Assembly (NCBI RefSeq): GCF_009914755.1
Contig: NC_060927.1
Reading direction: 5' to 3' (one strand)
From: the human T2T-CHM13v2.0 reference genome, Homo sapiens
Length of the DNA: 64,000 bases
Below, in pieces: positions 62,683-64,000 of the stretch. The position numbers were made by a program, and so were the translations under genes. The notes beneath the pieces were generated by a model. The model made no database searches and had not been told where the DNA came from. It saw only the letters and a program-made list of their open reading frames with translations. Each line of letters starts with the position of its first letter. Position 1 is the first letter of the stretch.

Positions 62683-64000
62683 CACTGTCCTTAATAGCAC
62701 TATTTTTAATTGTTTAGGTCCCTCCCATTGACATAATTAGGTCAGAGGTTCTCTTTAATAAAACCTGAATCTACTGAGCATAGGTGCAATCTCTCAGCTT
62801 ACAACTCATTCTTTTTTATCTCAGTCCCACTCATTTTGTTATTGTTTCTGATGCCTCTTAGAGCTTAGATCTATTAAAATGATTACAAATTCTAAATTAA
62901 AATGTTTTAAAAGGTATATTTTCTCTAACAAATTCCATGTAGTACAATCTTTAATTTTAATTAAAAAATTCGAGTATTTTTAAACTTGAGATATTTTAAA
63001 CCCTACATACCATTTACAATTTAAGGCATAATAAGAACCTTTGGAGATGGTACACTGGTATAAAAAATCTATAAAAAATCATTGAAAAATATCTAACAAT
63101 AATTCGTGTAAAATGACAATAAAAGCATTAGAGAAAGCAAATTTTAATAAAAGAAATTTTTAGAAATAAAATACATATACATGCCTAACTTACTATATTA
63201 TTATAACAAATAATATTTCTTTTTCTGCATTTAAATTCTGTTACAAATCTATTTAAAACTATAAAAATAAGAAATTTGAGGGGATAAAGAAACACATAAA
63301 GAACCAAAAGTAGTCAAAAGCAAAAATAAGAAGCAAAAAGCAACACGTTCCACCAGCATTTCATCTGTATCTCCAATTAGTGTAGAAAGCTTTTCTTAGG
63401 GTTTGTTGGTTGAAGAATTTTTATCTTTTATCCTTTATAATAGAGTGTAATAAATGACAATTTTTCTTAATTGATTCAGCAGCCTTTGTCAAAGCATCTT
63501 ATGACATTATGAAAGGTTCTCTTCACTAAGCAAGCTCCATCATTTTTCTTATATTTAGGTCAGAAAAGAAGTAATAGTGAGAAGACAGGATTCCATCTTG
63601 GTATTATGGGTCAGATAAAATTATACCGGTAAAACTCTGTCCTTAAAGTAACTTTACAAAAGCCAGAAAAATATCTTAGAATTGTCATACAAGATGCATA
63701 CTGGTGATCTCAAATATCTTAAAAGCTAGTCAGGAGACACTTATCTAGAAAACTTGCTTTTACAGGCACATTTGAAGCCCTCTTTGTTCCCATAAAAGGT
63801 TTTACACATATTAAGCAGTCTCTCAAGGTCAAAAAATAAGGGTAGAAACTTAAGTCTGGTCACAACCTATCAAAGACACACAATGTAATCACTAGTATAA
63901 GTGATACAGGTTAGCTTAATTACCAAGTATACTTAATAATGGAATATGATACCATACATAAATTACCATATGGCAATAGAAAAGAGCTTATTAGAGCAAT

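Overview
Human or great-ape genomic DNA, AT-rich, with no CpG island and no promoter. The window lies inside the minus-strand gene TBC1D5 (Rab7 GAP, retromer-associated). It holds one recognisable coding exon, 12191-12333 (-), 143 nt, encoding RWVRLLFGREFPLQDLLVVWDALFADGLSLGLVDYIFVAMLLYIRDA from the C-terminal part of the TBC domain. The ORF track shows this exon in the wrong frame. Everything else is intron: about 13 Alus (J, S and Y), three primate L1PA copies (one with a twin-priming 5' inversion), old L1M, L2 and MIR fragments, solo LTRs, DNA-transposon fossils (MER44, MER94, MER5) and repeat-poor stretches that look like enhancers. All other ORFs are repeat-derived or chance. I found no new gene system. 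The most unusual observation is that two independently inserted L1PA3/4 copies 27.7 kb apart share four clustered non-consensus substitutions, which suggests intralocus gene conversion. Repeat subfamily names come from remembered consensus sequences, and boundaries of old repeats are approximate.
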